Below are positions 24,875-37,136 of a stretch of 64,000 nt of DNA, in pieces (position 1 is the stretch's first letter; each line of letters begins with the position of its first letter). Origin of the DNA: Mobula hypostoma (Eukaryota). Both the position numbers and the translations under genes were made by a program. The stretch spans positions 162,566,001-162,630,000 of the forward strand of contig NC_086097.1 in assembly GCF_963921235.1 (NCBI RefSeq), in the 5' to 3' direction. The notes under the pieces were generated by a model. The model was not told the origin of the DNA. It did no database searches and saw only the letters and a program-made list of their open reading frames with translations.

Positions 24875-25950
24875 CAGCGGTCCCCAACCACCGGTCCGCA
24901 AAGCATCTGCTACCGGACCACGAGGAAACGATATGATTTGGCAATATGAGTCAGCTGCAACATTCCTCATTCCCGGTCACGGCCACTGTTGAGCTTGAAC
25001 ACACGCGGGGTCATTACCCGCGCGTCATCCATGTCAGCGCGGGAAGGAGATCAACTCCTCGAGCTTGCAAATGACGACGGGCTGAAAAGTATGTTTGACA
25101 TAACATCTCTGCCGGCATTCTGGATCAAAGTCAAGGGTGAATATCCTGAGATAGCCACGAAAGCAGTGAAAACGTTGCTTCTATTTCCAACATATCTCTG
25201 CAATGAATGCAACGAAAACTAAATTGCAGAATAGACTGGACATAAGGAGCCCCCTTCGAATATCGCTGTCTCCCATCACCCTTCGATGGCACTGTCTTGT
25301 TGCAGGAAAACAAGTATTCAGCCCAGGGCTCCCACTGATTCAGCAATATTGGTGTGTTGCAATGATTCTATATGTTCATACGGGGAAAATATGTGCTGTG
25401 TGTTTAATATCCAAATGTTACTTAAAATGTTATGATGCTATTGATTTATAAGTGACTTATATAACCATGTAACAATTACAGCACGGAAACAGGCCATCTC
25501 TGTCCTTCTAGTCCGTGCCAAACGCTACTCTCACCTAATCCCACCGACCTGCACTCAGCCCACAACCCTCCATTCCTTTCCTGTACATATACCTATCCAA
25601 TTTTTCTTTAAGTGATAATATCGAACCTGCCTCTACCACTTCTACTGGAAGTTCGTTCAATACTTACTTCGTCCTCCCCTGAAAATTGACTTATCACTGT
25701 ATTCATGCGAGGAAAATATGTGCTGTGTTTAATATTAAATTTGTTAGAGAAACGCTTTTAGAAACAAAATTGAGTGTATTAGCCACTTATCACCTATATT
25801 CCAGTTGCGATTAACACCACCGCCCCCCACCCCCCGGAACAGAATAGCCAAAAACGATTTGCAGAAAAAAATCGGCATGTACACACATGCGCACTAGTGC
25901 CCGCACAAGGCTTCATGGCCATTGTAGTCTTTCTCGGGGTAAACACAACA
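24875..25950 (+). mobile_element. hAT Charlie/Buster-family derivative (Charlie3/MER1-like)
   Basis: Starts CAGCGGTCCCCAACC after CTGTAGAA. Dimerisation-domain remnant DQLLELANDDGLKSMF...FWIKVKGEYPEIATKAVKTLLLFPTYLC / TKTKLQNRLDI...SLSPIT...LVAGKQ. Right TIR not found. Confidence 0.85.
25463..25660 (-). mobile_element. CR1 3'-end fragment inside the hAT element
   Basis: 'acagcacggaaacaggccat...ccttctagtccgtgcc...acctatccaatttttc' matches the CR1 tail at 61495-61640. Confidence 0.7.
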
Positions 25951-26474
25951 CTGCAGATGCCTCCATTTTGATTGCCAATTCAATCACGGTAACAGCCACT
26001 TTTAGGCCATTACATTGGTTATACCTTGCCCATATGACAAAAGTTTGTTTTTTTATGATCTAATTAAACTGCTGTCAGTGAACTTTAAGGGCATGCTGTT
26101 AAAAAAAAATACAGTGAATTCCAGTTAATTGGGCCATTGGTTAATCAGGGCAGCTGCTTATTTGGGAAAATTCTGGAAGAACAAAAACTAATTGAGAAAA
26201 TAGCTGGGATTCCCTTTGTTTATTTGGGACACTATCCTGCTTAATTGGGACAGGTGACGGTTGCCAAACAGTTTCTAACTAGTATCAGACGTGTGCACTT
26301 GCATGGTTGTTGAACACTACACCACACTTAGAGTGAACCGGGAGTGAAAATGGAATTATTTGACTACTTGAACAAGTTAGGAACTATAGAGAACTTGCAG
26401 GTATCGACAATCATCTTGAATGTTACAATGAAAATGAGGATTGGGAGGATGCAATTGTTGATTGCATTCTGTGC

Positions 26475-26925
26475 AGGAGAGCAGCACCCATCATCAGGGA
26501 TTCGCACCACCCAGGACATGCTCTCTTCTCGCTGCTGCCATCAGGAAGAAAGTACAAGAACCTTACGACTTGCACTGCCAGATTTAGGAACAGTTACTAC
26601 CTCTCAACTATCAGGTTCATGAACAAATGGGATAACTTTACTCAGCTTCACTTGCCCCATCATTGAAACATTCCCACAACCAATGGACTCACTTTCTTCA
26701 TCTCATGTTCTCAATATTTATTGCTTATTTATATTATTGTTTCTTTATACATTTGCACAATTTGTTTTGTGCATTCTGGTTGAAGGCCCAAGTTTGGTGT
26801 TCATTCATTGATTCTGTTGTAGAATCAATTCTATATTTGCTGAGTATGCTGACAAAAAAAAAGAATCTCAGGGTTGTATATGGTGACATTTATGTACTTT
26901 GCTAATAGAGTTTACTTAGAAATTT
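26475..26925 (+). mobile_element. Rex1/Babar-like LINE 3' fragment
   Basis: AAPIIRDSHHPGHALFSLLPSGRKY...RFRNSYYLST motif. Confidence 0.75.
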
Positions 26926-26942
26926 GGAAGGCAATCTATTTA

Positions 26943-28299
26943 CAGGTTTCCCCCGCCATCCGAAGGTACAGCGTTCCTATGAAACGGTTCGTAAGCCGGA
27001 ATGCCGGAATGTCGTAAAGCGAAGAAGCAATTACCATTTATTTATATGGGAAAAATTTTTGAGCATTCCCAGACCCAAAAAAAACCTAAAAATCATGCCA
27101 AATAACACATAAAACCTAAAATAACAGTAACATATAGTAAAAGCAGGAATGATATGATAAATACACATCCTATATAAAGTAGAAATACTTTTCCACAATC
27201 ATTGCCGCACTGTTCTCCGTAGCAAAAATCTCACGCAAGCGCTCTCGGCAGAAAATCTCACGCAATTGCTGTTGGCAAAAACACTCTCTCCAGTAACCTT
27301 TAAGCTATGAAGCTGCCAAATCATACCAAATAACACATAAAAATACACAGCCTATATAAAGTAGAAATAATGTATGTACAGTGTAGTATCACTTACCGAA
27401 ATCAGGAAGACAGCGCCGAGCACACTGATGATGGTGTGTTAGGCTGAGTCGTTGGAGGTTGGGGTGGTGCAGTGGCCCCAACCTCCAGGCTGCCGACTGA
27501 TACCGATCCGCGAAGAATGCAGCGGTACAGCAGTGGCCAGAACGCACCCAGCACACCTTTAAGAAAAAAGCCGAAATGAACAAGCTAATTAATTACATGC
27601 CAGGCGGCACCTAATTAATTAGCTTGTTTATTTCAGCTTTTTTTAAAAGATGCGTTGGGTGTGTCCCGGCTACCGCTGCATTCACCGCGGCAAAGTATCG
27701 GTCCGCAGCCCCGGGGTTGGGTGGTGGGACACTGGGGTGTCATCTCATCGTCGTCTGTTTCCATCAGGGCAGGCAGGTCATCTTCTTCATGTTCAGTTCC
27801 TGGATGACTTCACTTTTGGTCCGTTCGCTACTGCATTCGGTTTCGATTGTTATCCTTTCCTCTTCCAATTGCATCAGCTCTTCATCTATCAGTTCTTGGT
27901 CATGGGATGCAAAACCCTCTTCAACATCATCTTTGTCAGCTTCCACAAGCCAAACTCACTTCGTCCTTACTTCGTTCACCACGATTGAAACACTTAATTA
28001 TGTCTAGTTTTACGCTAAGTCTAACACCCTTATGAGCTCTTTTAGGCTTTTCCGATACCTTAGAACTCATCTTGTTAATGGCTGTTCACAGGCACGTGTT
28101 TAAGCAATAGTGCATAGAATGCAGTTCCGAATCCGGGGGAGGAACTTGGCTGCTCGGGGTGCGCACTGCCTTATATCGCACGCTACCTTTTTTCGTAACA
28201 GTGAAAACACCTTATGTTAGCGAAAACAGGTAACTAATGTAGGTCTTCCATAACAGCGAGGTTTTATAAAGCGAACGTTCGAAAAGTGGGGGACACCTG
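26943..28299 (-). mobile_element. Internally deleted Tigger/pogo transposon, TA TSD
   Basis: TIRs CAGGTTTCCCCCGCCATCCGAA and (reverse complement) CAGGTGTCCCCCACTTTTCGAA, with TA on both sides. Acidic transposase C-terminus EADKDDVEEGFASHDQELIDEELMQLEEE at 27764-27946 (minus). Confidence 0.85.
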
Positions 28300-30852
28300 T
28301 ATCTGCATTTGTCTGTTGACTTTGCTCATTTACAGTCAAACAAAAGAATGCATGCACTGAATTCCTTTGATAAGTATTAGGATGCAGTTTTATGGTGCTG
28401 TAGTGGTATTGATGATGTTCTAATTTGTTCTGTATTTCATTTAAATACATAATTTGTTAGTCAGTTAAACAGTAGTTTGTCTTTTTTTTATATAACTTTT
28501 TAACTATTTCCACAAAAATTTGGCTAATTGGGGCAGCCGCTTAATTGGACCAAAATGTATTGTCCTGATGCATTTCAACTAACCAGATTCCGCTGTATGT
28601 AGAACCATGATACATAATGGAGTATTTTAAATATATATTCATACCTGTGAAGACTTGGTCAAGTGTTTGAAATGTAATTGTTAAGATCCATCAGTAGCTA
28701 AATGCATTTTATAGTCACATGTTCTACTCTGACCATAAAATTAATTAACTTCATTGATTTCTATGTAGCACATTCAGCAGTACTGCTGACAGAATAATTC
28801 ATGGCAAAAATGGCACTTGCTCTTTTACGCTTCACATTTCGAGTTGTCTTAGCTCTCTATTTATACTGTTTGTAAAGTATACTGATAAGCCAAATCATAT
28901 GTGTGTGTCCCTATTTTGATTTTAAAAATCAGGTTATTGTTCTGGAATAAGGCTAGGGAATGTCCATCTTCTTACTGCTGATATCCTACAAATCTGGGTA
29001 TTAAATGGGACAATTGTGTCTAATGCTAAAATGAGAATGCAGCTATTAAACTTCACTTCCCCTCATGGTGCACAGGAGCCTGATGATGCCAGCTCAGTTT
29101 CACAAATATTAATTGCATGTTGCCATTTTTTTAAATCTCCTTGATCTTCCTTTTTTAAAAATGGAAGAAAATTCAAGGTATCTTAAAACCAGGTATTTCT
29201 CGGAGCATACCGAATGGATTCAGATATAGAGTGTCCTGTTTTGATCGCCTGTTTCGTTCTGACTCTGGACGCTGGACTCTGGACTCTGATTTCATTAAAG
29301 AAAAAGACTTCGTGTTAGAATCACATGGGCAATAAGTGGTACACAGAATGATTGGTCCATGTGGGTTCTAATTGTAATTATAACGTAACTTTAATGATGC
29401 CTTCCCCATCCTCTCCAACACAGGAATTTAACAAATTCATTAGCACATGCAAAATGAATTGTCCTCTTTTTGAAAAGGTACCGGTATAGTTCCCTTTCAG
29501 AGGTCTGAATCACCTCAGACTTGACCCATTATCTGAGGCTTGAGTAGGGCCTGTTTCTGGTGTGAAGAATGTGAGTTGGTGAAGGGCTTTAAAGTGTCTC
29601 CATCTGAACTGAAGGAGACATAGTAAATTAATGATGTTATTAGAGTAGACTTACAGCATTATTCACAACGTCATGACATGATTGAATTTCTTTTTATCTC
29701 ATACTTTGTCATACTAAAATTTCTCAGCTTACAAACAATGAATTCCTTGTAAAGACCTATACCTATCTTAGTAGTTTCCTGGCAACTCTCCAATTTTCCA
29801 CCACAGGTAAACTAATTCTCCTAAAGCTGTGCTATTCTGCATTGAGTCACTCTGACCTGTTTCACCTTTTCATATTAAAATACATAATTTTTTAGTTACC
29901 CAGTATCTCAACTATAATCTCATCTATATGTTCAGTGGTGTCAATCCTTCTTCTCTGCAACCTCTGTTCACTCCCATGCCTGTACGCAATCACTATAACA
30001 TCTGTTTCCCTGACTCTGAGCTCCTGTGTACACACTTTCTCATTCTCCAATTATTAATGTGTATGCCTTCTCTATCTAGATTTTACTCTCGGGCATTTCT
30101 GTCTTAAATCCCTCCAGCTTTGAACTTTTTATCACTTTTTAAATGCTTTTTACTTTTTCGCTTATTGTTTTTCTTATTCCATGTAATTTTGATTTTGCAT
30201 AGGATATTTTATTATATTGGTGCTGGATATAAAATGAAAGGTGTAGTTCGATAGCGGCCAATTTACTTACAGACAACACGGGAAACACGGACTTGCGGTT
30301 TTGGACCAACAGTGCAGAGGTTATAGGTTCATGACCACCATGACAAGTTGTGAAGAATAAAGCATCACAAGAGCACATGAGAACTGTTTTGTTGTACTTT
30401 ACTAAAACCCCTCAGGAAATGGTGCCTGCCATTCCCATTTCTTCTGGTCTCTCATCTCTATTATATGCGGGTAATGTTCCCAAGGGAACTAGGAAAAGGC
30501 ATCAAATAAGCAATTCATCTCTTCCTGGTGGCATTGGTTAAACTATTTGACCAGGAGGCAAGAACACTGGAAGAACCCCATTACACCCCCCCAAATGCAT
30601 TGGGAACTTTAATATCCCCCTGAATGAACAGAGCAGAGGGCAACAATAGTGCCTTTATAGTTCAAGGGTTTCAATATTAGTTTTCAGAATGGGTATTGTT
30701 GAGGAAAATAAACAAGAATGAATTGAAGAGAGGGGATCCTGATGGTGGGAGCAGACCGAGGCAAGAGGATTGAGAAGGGAATTTCAAAGACTGTTGATAA
30801 GATGGCTGAAAGTTGATATACTCATAGCCATGACTGACCAGAAGGAAAGAGG

Positions 30853-31533
30853 GATTAGATTAGATTAGATTATAGAACACTCAGTCCTCATTTATTGTCA
30901 TTTAGAAATGCATGCATTAAGAAATGATACAATATTCCTCCAGTATGATATCACAGAAACACAGGACAGGCCAAGACAAAAACTGACAAAAACAATATAA
31001 TTATAATGTATAGTTACAACAGTGCAAAGCAATACTGTAATTTGATAAAGAGCAGACCATGGGCATGGTAAAAAAAAGTCTCAAAGTTCCGATAGCCCCA
31101 ACATCTCACGCAGATGGTAGAAGGGAGAAACCCTTCCTGCCATGAGCCTCCAGCGCCGCAAACTTGCCGATGCAGCATCCTGGAAGCACCCAACCACAGC
31201 CGACTCTGAGTCCGTCCGAAAACTTCGAGCCTCCGACCAGCCCTCCGACACTGAGCACCGAGCACCATCTCTGCCGAGCGCTTCGACCCCACCCGGCCGC
31301 TGAGCAACAAGCAAAGCCGAGGACTCGGGGCCTTCCCCTCCGGAGATTTCGGATGACACAGTAGCAGCGGCAGCAAAACAGGCATCTCAGAAGTTTCACC
31401 AGATGTTCCTCCATGCTCTCACGTCCGTCTCCATCAAATCAGGGTTGTGCACAGCACCCTACTTGACAAATAACAGATATTCATCACCAGAGTGGCCGTG
31501 CGTGCTGCGCCGCGCCACCATCTTCTCCTCTCC
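30853..31533 (-). mobile_element. Non-coding retroposon of about 680 bp, copy 1
   Basis: Minus strand starts GGAGAAGATGGTGGCG and ends GACAATAAA...(TAATC)n. Colinear with 35166-35850. Confidence 0.8.
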
Positions 31534-31784
31534 TTAGTAGACTTAAATCTGAAAAGAGAGGAAGTCTGAACAAATACATGGAGCGGTTGGAAGTTCCAAA
31601 TTTTGAGATGACTTGCTAGTGCAAAGTTGGGATTCTAAAATTTTTGCACCTTCACTGAGAAATACAACAGAATAAGAGGTGTGGAATCTTGCATAGGTTG
31701 GGACAAAGTGGAATGGATCTGGAAGAGCTAACGTTTGTGCAGAGGGAAATATAGCTTTGAATGTAGTGTCATTAATGTTGCGTG

Positions 31785-33110
31785 TCATGAAGTCGTACAG
31801 CACAGAAATAGATCCTTTGGTCCAGTTGCCTGTACTGACCTTCAGATGCTTATTTATACTGTTCCACTGACGTTCCATGTCTTGGAATTTCAAGAGTTCA
31901 TCCACATACATCTGAAGTGTTGGTGTCAGAGCCTCTGTCTCCATCAGCAGTTCAGGAAATGCATTCCATAATTTCAACCACCCTCTTCATGAATGAAAAA
32001 TTCTTAACCTAATTCCCTGTAAATTTCCTACACCTTAGAAACTTCTGCTAAGAGGAAATATTTCTCACAGTCTGTGCCCCTCATGATTTTGCAGACCTCG
32101 GCTGGGTCCCATCTTGGTCTTCACTCCAGAGAAACCAAAGCCAGTCTATTGAGTATCTTGTCATAGGAACACTCAGAATGCGCTGGAGGAACTCAGCAGG
32201 TCAGTCAGCATCAGTTGAAAAGATTAGTCGATGTTTCAGGCCGAAACCCTTCGTCAGGACTGAAGGAAGAACTTTGGGGAGGGTTTGAAGAATGCTGGTA
32301 GTTGAAAAAAACATTAATTTGAAAGACAAAGGGGTGGGGGAGGGGAAGCAGGGAGGTGATTGGCAGGAGAATAATGAGAACAGATAAGGCTAAACTCAGG
32401 TTGGAGGAGCAACACCTCATGTACCGTCTAGGTAGTCTCCAGCCCCTTGGTATGAACATAGAATTCTCCAAATTCTGGTAATTCCTTCCCCCTCCCTTCC
32501 TCTATCCCTATTTCACATCACCTCCCTCATAGTTCCACCTCCTTCTTCTACTGCGCATTGTTCTCCTGCCAATCACCTCCCTGCTTCCCCTCCCCCACCC
32601 CTTCGTCTTTCAAATTGCTCTTTTTTTTCCAACTACCAGCATTCTTCAAACCCTCTCCAAAGTTCTTCCTTCAGTCCTGACGAAGGGTTTCGGCCCAAAA
32701 CGTCGACTAATCTTTTCAACTGATGCTGACTGACCTGCTGAGTTCCTCCAGTGCATTGTGAGTGTTCCTTTGACAACAGCATCTGCAGATTATTTTGTGT
32801 TGAGTATCTTGTCATAGTGGAAGCACTCCATCTCAGGCAACATCCTGGTTAATCAGCTCTGCATCCTCTCCAGAGCACTTGTATTCTTATAACAGTATGG
32901 CAGCCAGAACTGCACACAGCACAACAGTGTGGCCCTGGTATTTTGTACCATCACCTCCCTCTGGTATTCTATGTCCTGACTAAAGAAAGCAAGTATCTTG
33001 CTTGACTTCTTAATGACTGTATCTGCTTGTGTTATTGCTTTCATGGATCCTTGGACATGTACATTAAGATTCCTCTGTTCCCCAGTTCTTCCGAGGGTCT
33101 TATCATTTCA
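31785..33110 (-). mobile_element. Old CR1 fragment hosting a PLE hairpin
   Basis: Minus-strand CCVQFWLPY...ALERMQ remnant and a CR1-type tail at about 31790. Confidence 0.65.
32167..32799. mobile_element. 633-bp fold-back PLE-derived element (second subfamily), 18-bp TSD
   Basis: Arms of about 210 bp at 32166-32376 and 32556-32768. The spacer is the PLE ORF end (KLRLEEQHLMYRLGSLQPLGMNIEF). TSD TTGAGTATCTTGTCATAG at 32149-32166 and 32800-32817. Hammerhead motifs lie in both arms, each with one substitution. Confidence 0.92.
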
Positions 33111-33326
33111 ATGAGGCTAATTATGATTTTGGATTGGAATGGCAGATCGGATTAGGTGGTGATATCTAGAGTATCAGGTCACTTCGGGATCCAGTTTCAA
33201 CTGTACTTCTGGTGCATCCTAAACCTTGCTCACATTGATCATTTGCTCTTGAGGATAATCTGGATAGCAATTAGGAATACAAGGCCTGGTAAATGTTCCC
33301 ATTTTTCAGAGATTAAGACCAAATAA

Positions 33327-33557
33327 GGGGCAGCAGGGTATCGTAGTGGTGAGTGTGACACTATGACAGCACCAGCAAGCTGGGTTCAACTCCACCACTG
33401 TCAGTAAGGAGTTTGTATGTGCTCCTTGTGCCTGTTTGGGTCTCCTCTGGGTGCTCCGATTTCCAAAGACACGTGGGTTAGTAGCGTAATTGGGTGCTGT
33501 GGCTACCTTGGGCCACAGGACCTCTTACTGTGCTGCATCTCTAAACAAGCAAACAAA
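33327..33557 (+). mobile_element. tRNA-derived V-SINE
   Basis: A-box-like 'gtatcgtagtggt', B-box 'gggttcaactcc', V-domain 'ggagtttgtatgtgctcc...ctcctctgggtgctccgatttcc', and a (caaa)n tail. Confidence 0.75.
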
Positions 33558-34964
33558 TATACCTCCATTGCTCTTGCCTAGGAGGAGTCCTGCGAAGCTA
33601 CTGAAACTGAAGAATGCAGTGTCAGCTTCGTTACCCTATATTCTCACTATCGGCTGATGTGGAGCTTATAGCTTCAATCAACATATTTGTTTTATGATGT
33701 TAAAATTTGGCTGTAGCTCTGAGCAAGTGTTAATCCCTCAGAAAATGCGGCACTCTTAAATTCCCTTTGATATTTAAACCTCACTTGGTTTCACTGGGAG
33801 ACTATGCACAATTGTGTTTTGACAAACTTCAACTGCAGGGTATAGACCTTAACGAGGTGAGGTTTATTCAAAAGCAGCGAGCTTTAATCTAGTGTGAACA
33901 TCAGGCTCCTGATAAAGTCAATCAAGAAAACATTTTTATAGCCTCCTTTTAGTGCACCATTTTTGTAGAATCCAAGGTGTACATTGTCTTTGCATAAAAC
34001 AGAACTGCTCTATAGCAAAATGAAAGTTGTACACAAACGATGTAAAATCTAATGTATCAACCAACTTTAGGTCGGAGATTAGAAAAAAACAGAGGAAAAT
34101 TTGACGGGTATTGAGCATCCTTTTCTCATAAAGCTCATTAGGAAATTGAGTTTCAGTCTGTTCAATCGTGACATCATCTAAACTGACAGTTTGGTGTGGT
34201 GTATTGCCAGTGAAGCCAAATTCTGGAGGAGACTGTGGGTGAGTTAGTGGAAGATCCCAATGCACTATATTCTCTGGTTAGTCCTCTCTTGATGAGGATA
34301 TAGCATTCCCTCAGTTTTTCCCTCTCCACACTTACTACTTGGTGTGTAGGGTATTGCTACATTTTGTTTAGGTTTCAAGTTTTGCAACAGCTCTAACTGG
34401 AATTTCAGAAATTTAACATGGCCCTTTGGTTTCTGTCTCTTTAACTTGACTCACTAATCTGTGGACCATCATCTATGGCATAATAAATAACATTTCTCCA
34501 TGGTAACCTTGGCTTTGCCCTTACAGAGACATTCCCTTTGTTTTATCCACCTCTCCACTACCGTCTCTTCAACTTTTTCAGTTCTGATGGGGGTCTTTGA
34601 CCTGAAAGCTTATTGCTGTTTCTCTTTTCACAGGTGCTACCTGTCCAGGTGAGTGTTTCCAGCATCTTCTGCTTTTGTTCTTGGCAGAATCCCCTTTATA
34701 ATTTTCTATTAGTATTTCTAAAATAAATGAGAATGTACATTATTTCATATGCTCTCTGCTGTGACTAGTATGACAGCCATGCTGAGCAATAGGATTAAAA
34801 GTAGTTTATTGGGTTTGAATAACTTTGGAATGTCTTTAGAATTGGAAAGATTCATTAAATCTTTCTTCATCATTTTCCTGTTTTCTCCTCTGTAATGAAA
34901 AATACAAAATGTACATGAATCAATGTTAATGAGTAATATCTAGGCTCTGAGTCAAAATATTGAG

Positions 34965-35112
34965 ATATACTGCATATCCCACATCAAAGTCTGGGGCTGA
35001 AAAGGCCAGAGCGGTAGTGAGGGCTACCCACCTAGCCTCAGAATGAAGAATTAAACTCGGACCCCGTCTGCCCTCGTGTGGTCTTAAGATCCTGTGATAT
35101 TTTGATTAAGAA
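34965..35112 (+). mobile_element. Deu-domain SINE fragment
   Basis: 'gaatgaagaattaaactcggaccccgtctgccctc...aagatcctgtgatattttga' resembles the DeuSINE core as recalled. Confidence 0.5.
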
Positions 35113-35114
35113 TA

Positions 35115-36512
35115 CAATGGATTCCAGTTAATTGGGTCATTGGTTAATTGAGCTGCTGCCTATTTAGATTAGATTAGATTATGAGGACACTCAGTCCTTG
35201 TTTATTGTCATTTAGAAATGCATCCATTAAGAAATGATACAATGTTCCTCCAGAATGATATCACAAAAAACAGGACAAACCAAAGACTAACACTGACAAG
35301 ACCACATAATTATAACATATAGTTACAGCAGTGCAAAGCAATACCATAATTTGATAAAGAGCAGACCATGGGCAAGGTAAAAAAAAAAGTCTCAAAGTTC
35401 CAATTGACTCCCGATAGATCCAATAGCAGGCGGCAAAAGGAAAAAAACTCTCCCGGCCATAAACCTCCAGGCGCCGACAACTGCCGATGCATTGTAAGCA
35501 CCCGACTACAGCGGACTCTGAGTCTGTCAGAAAACTTCGAGTCTCCGACCAGCCCCTCCGATACAGCCTCCCGAGCACCATCCTCTGCCGAGCGCTTCGA
35601 CCCTGCCCCAGTCGCCGAGCAACAAGCAAAGCTGAGGACTCGGGACCTTCTCCTCCGGAGATTCTGGACCACACAGTAGCAGCAGCAGCAGCGAAGAAGG
35701 CATTTCAGAAGTTTCTTCAGATGTTCCTCCTTGCTCTCACGTCTGTCTCCATCAAATCAGGATTGTGCACGGCACCCTACTTGACAGATTACAGATATCG
35801 TTCACTGGAGTGGCCACTGCAAACTGCATCGCGCCGCCATCTTCTCCCCTTCCTTATTTGTGTCAACTCTTAAAGAACAAAAACTAATTGAGAAAATAGC
35901 TGTGATTCCCTTCATTTATCTGGGAGACTATGCTGCTTATTGGGGCAGAAGACTGTTGGCAAACAGTTTCCAACTACTACCACTCACGTACACTTGCATG
36001 GCTGTTAGAGCGAATAGATTTTACATAGAGTCAGTTGTGTGTGTCTGTATTTAAAAAGCAGTGTTTTTTTTCCACTTATAAATGGTAAGAGATAAGCGGT
36101 AAGACAAGTCAGAACTGTTTTGCTCATTGTAGTTTCAAGCATTCAGTTTTGGAGATACCAGAAATGGCTAGAAGTGAAAATGAAACAATTTCACTACTTC
36201 ATGTTCGGAATTACGAGGAATTTGAAGGTATCAACTATCATCTTGAATAAAGATTTGGAGGATGTAAACATCAAAAGGATTGTATGAAAGCAGTCCATTA
36301 TCTATGCTAGGTGTCTGTTCTGGTTTTGTTAATTTGCAGTAAATCAAAAGAACATGGCAGGTGGCAGCACAAACTGGATTAATTCCTCCATCAAAACCTG
36401 TATTAGTTCCTAATAGTTATACAGTCCTGTAAGTAGTATTGGCAGTGTTCTAATTTGTTCTGTATTTCATTCAAATACATAATTTGCTACTCAGTTAAAC
36501 AGTAGTTTGTCA
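35115..36512. mobile_element. Tigger/pogo MITE, second copy (right end missing)
   Basis: TA-CAATGGATTCCAGTTAATTGGG start. Colinear with 26112-26470 and 28300-28482. Confidence 0.7.
35166..35850 (-). mobile_element. Non-coding retroposon of about 680 bp, copy 2
   Basis: Minus strand starts GGAGAAGATGGCGGCG and has a (TAATC)n tail. Inserted in the Tigger MITE with an imperfect short TSD (cctattt / ccttattt). Confidence 0.8.
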
Positions 36513-37098
36513 TTATTGTAAGGAAGTGCTTGTATACAATAAGAAAGTTGCTTTGCTAATACAGGGCTTTGTTGATTTTCTTTTACCGAGAGTAGTTAAT
36601 ATCTGAGATGTTTTGCCATAGCAGGTGGTGGAAGCGGAAACAATCACTACATTTAAAAGGCATTTTGGGCTGATTCTTAAATAGACAAGGCACTGAAAGA
36701 TGTGATCCTAATGCAGGCAAATGGGTCCATTTCTGTTCTATAACTGTCTATGACACTTCATTTGACTTTGCCTTAGATACCTGCTCGGGAGTGAACAATG
36801 TACATTCAGTTTATAGTTATTATGAATGACATCGTATCCTGACTAATTTCTAAATGAATCGATTTGGCTTGTTTCCAAGGGTAATCCCTTGATGTCGTAT
36901 TTCATCAGTTTCATGTGTGATGATTCAGATTCATTTTCAGTTTTTCTTGTGAAAGTTAGTGAGGAGTGTTGGAGAAAAAAGGGTTCCTTGTTACAGTTTA
37001 GCTTTTTGAAGCATTCCTTATTCAATTTTTTATTGCATTTGTGTTCTTTTTAATGCTGATCTGGGAGGACCTGCTCATAGTTTCTGTAGGAAGAGGTG

Positions 37099-37136
37099 CA
37101 GTCAACGTTTCAGGCTGAGACCCTTCGTCAGGACTA
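37099..37136 (-). ncRNA. Minimal hammerhead motif in the inverted PLE repeat
   Basis: TAGTC-CTGACGA-A-GGGTctcaGCCT-GAAA-CGTT-GACTG (GUU triplet). Confidence 0.65.

Larger units (their letters stand above)
26112..28595. mobile_element. Tigger/pogo MITE (outer element, hosts two insertions)
   Basis: TA-CAGTGAATTCCAGTTAATTG...CAACTAACCAGATTCCGCTG-TA. The same family appears at 35115-36512. Confidence 0.75.

Noticed and set aside
34156..34244. Possible exon ending at a GTGAGT donor
   Set aside because: Weak acceptor and an unrecognisable peptide in the only open frame.
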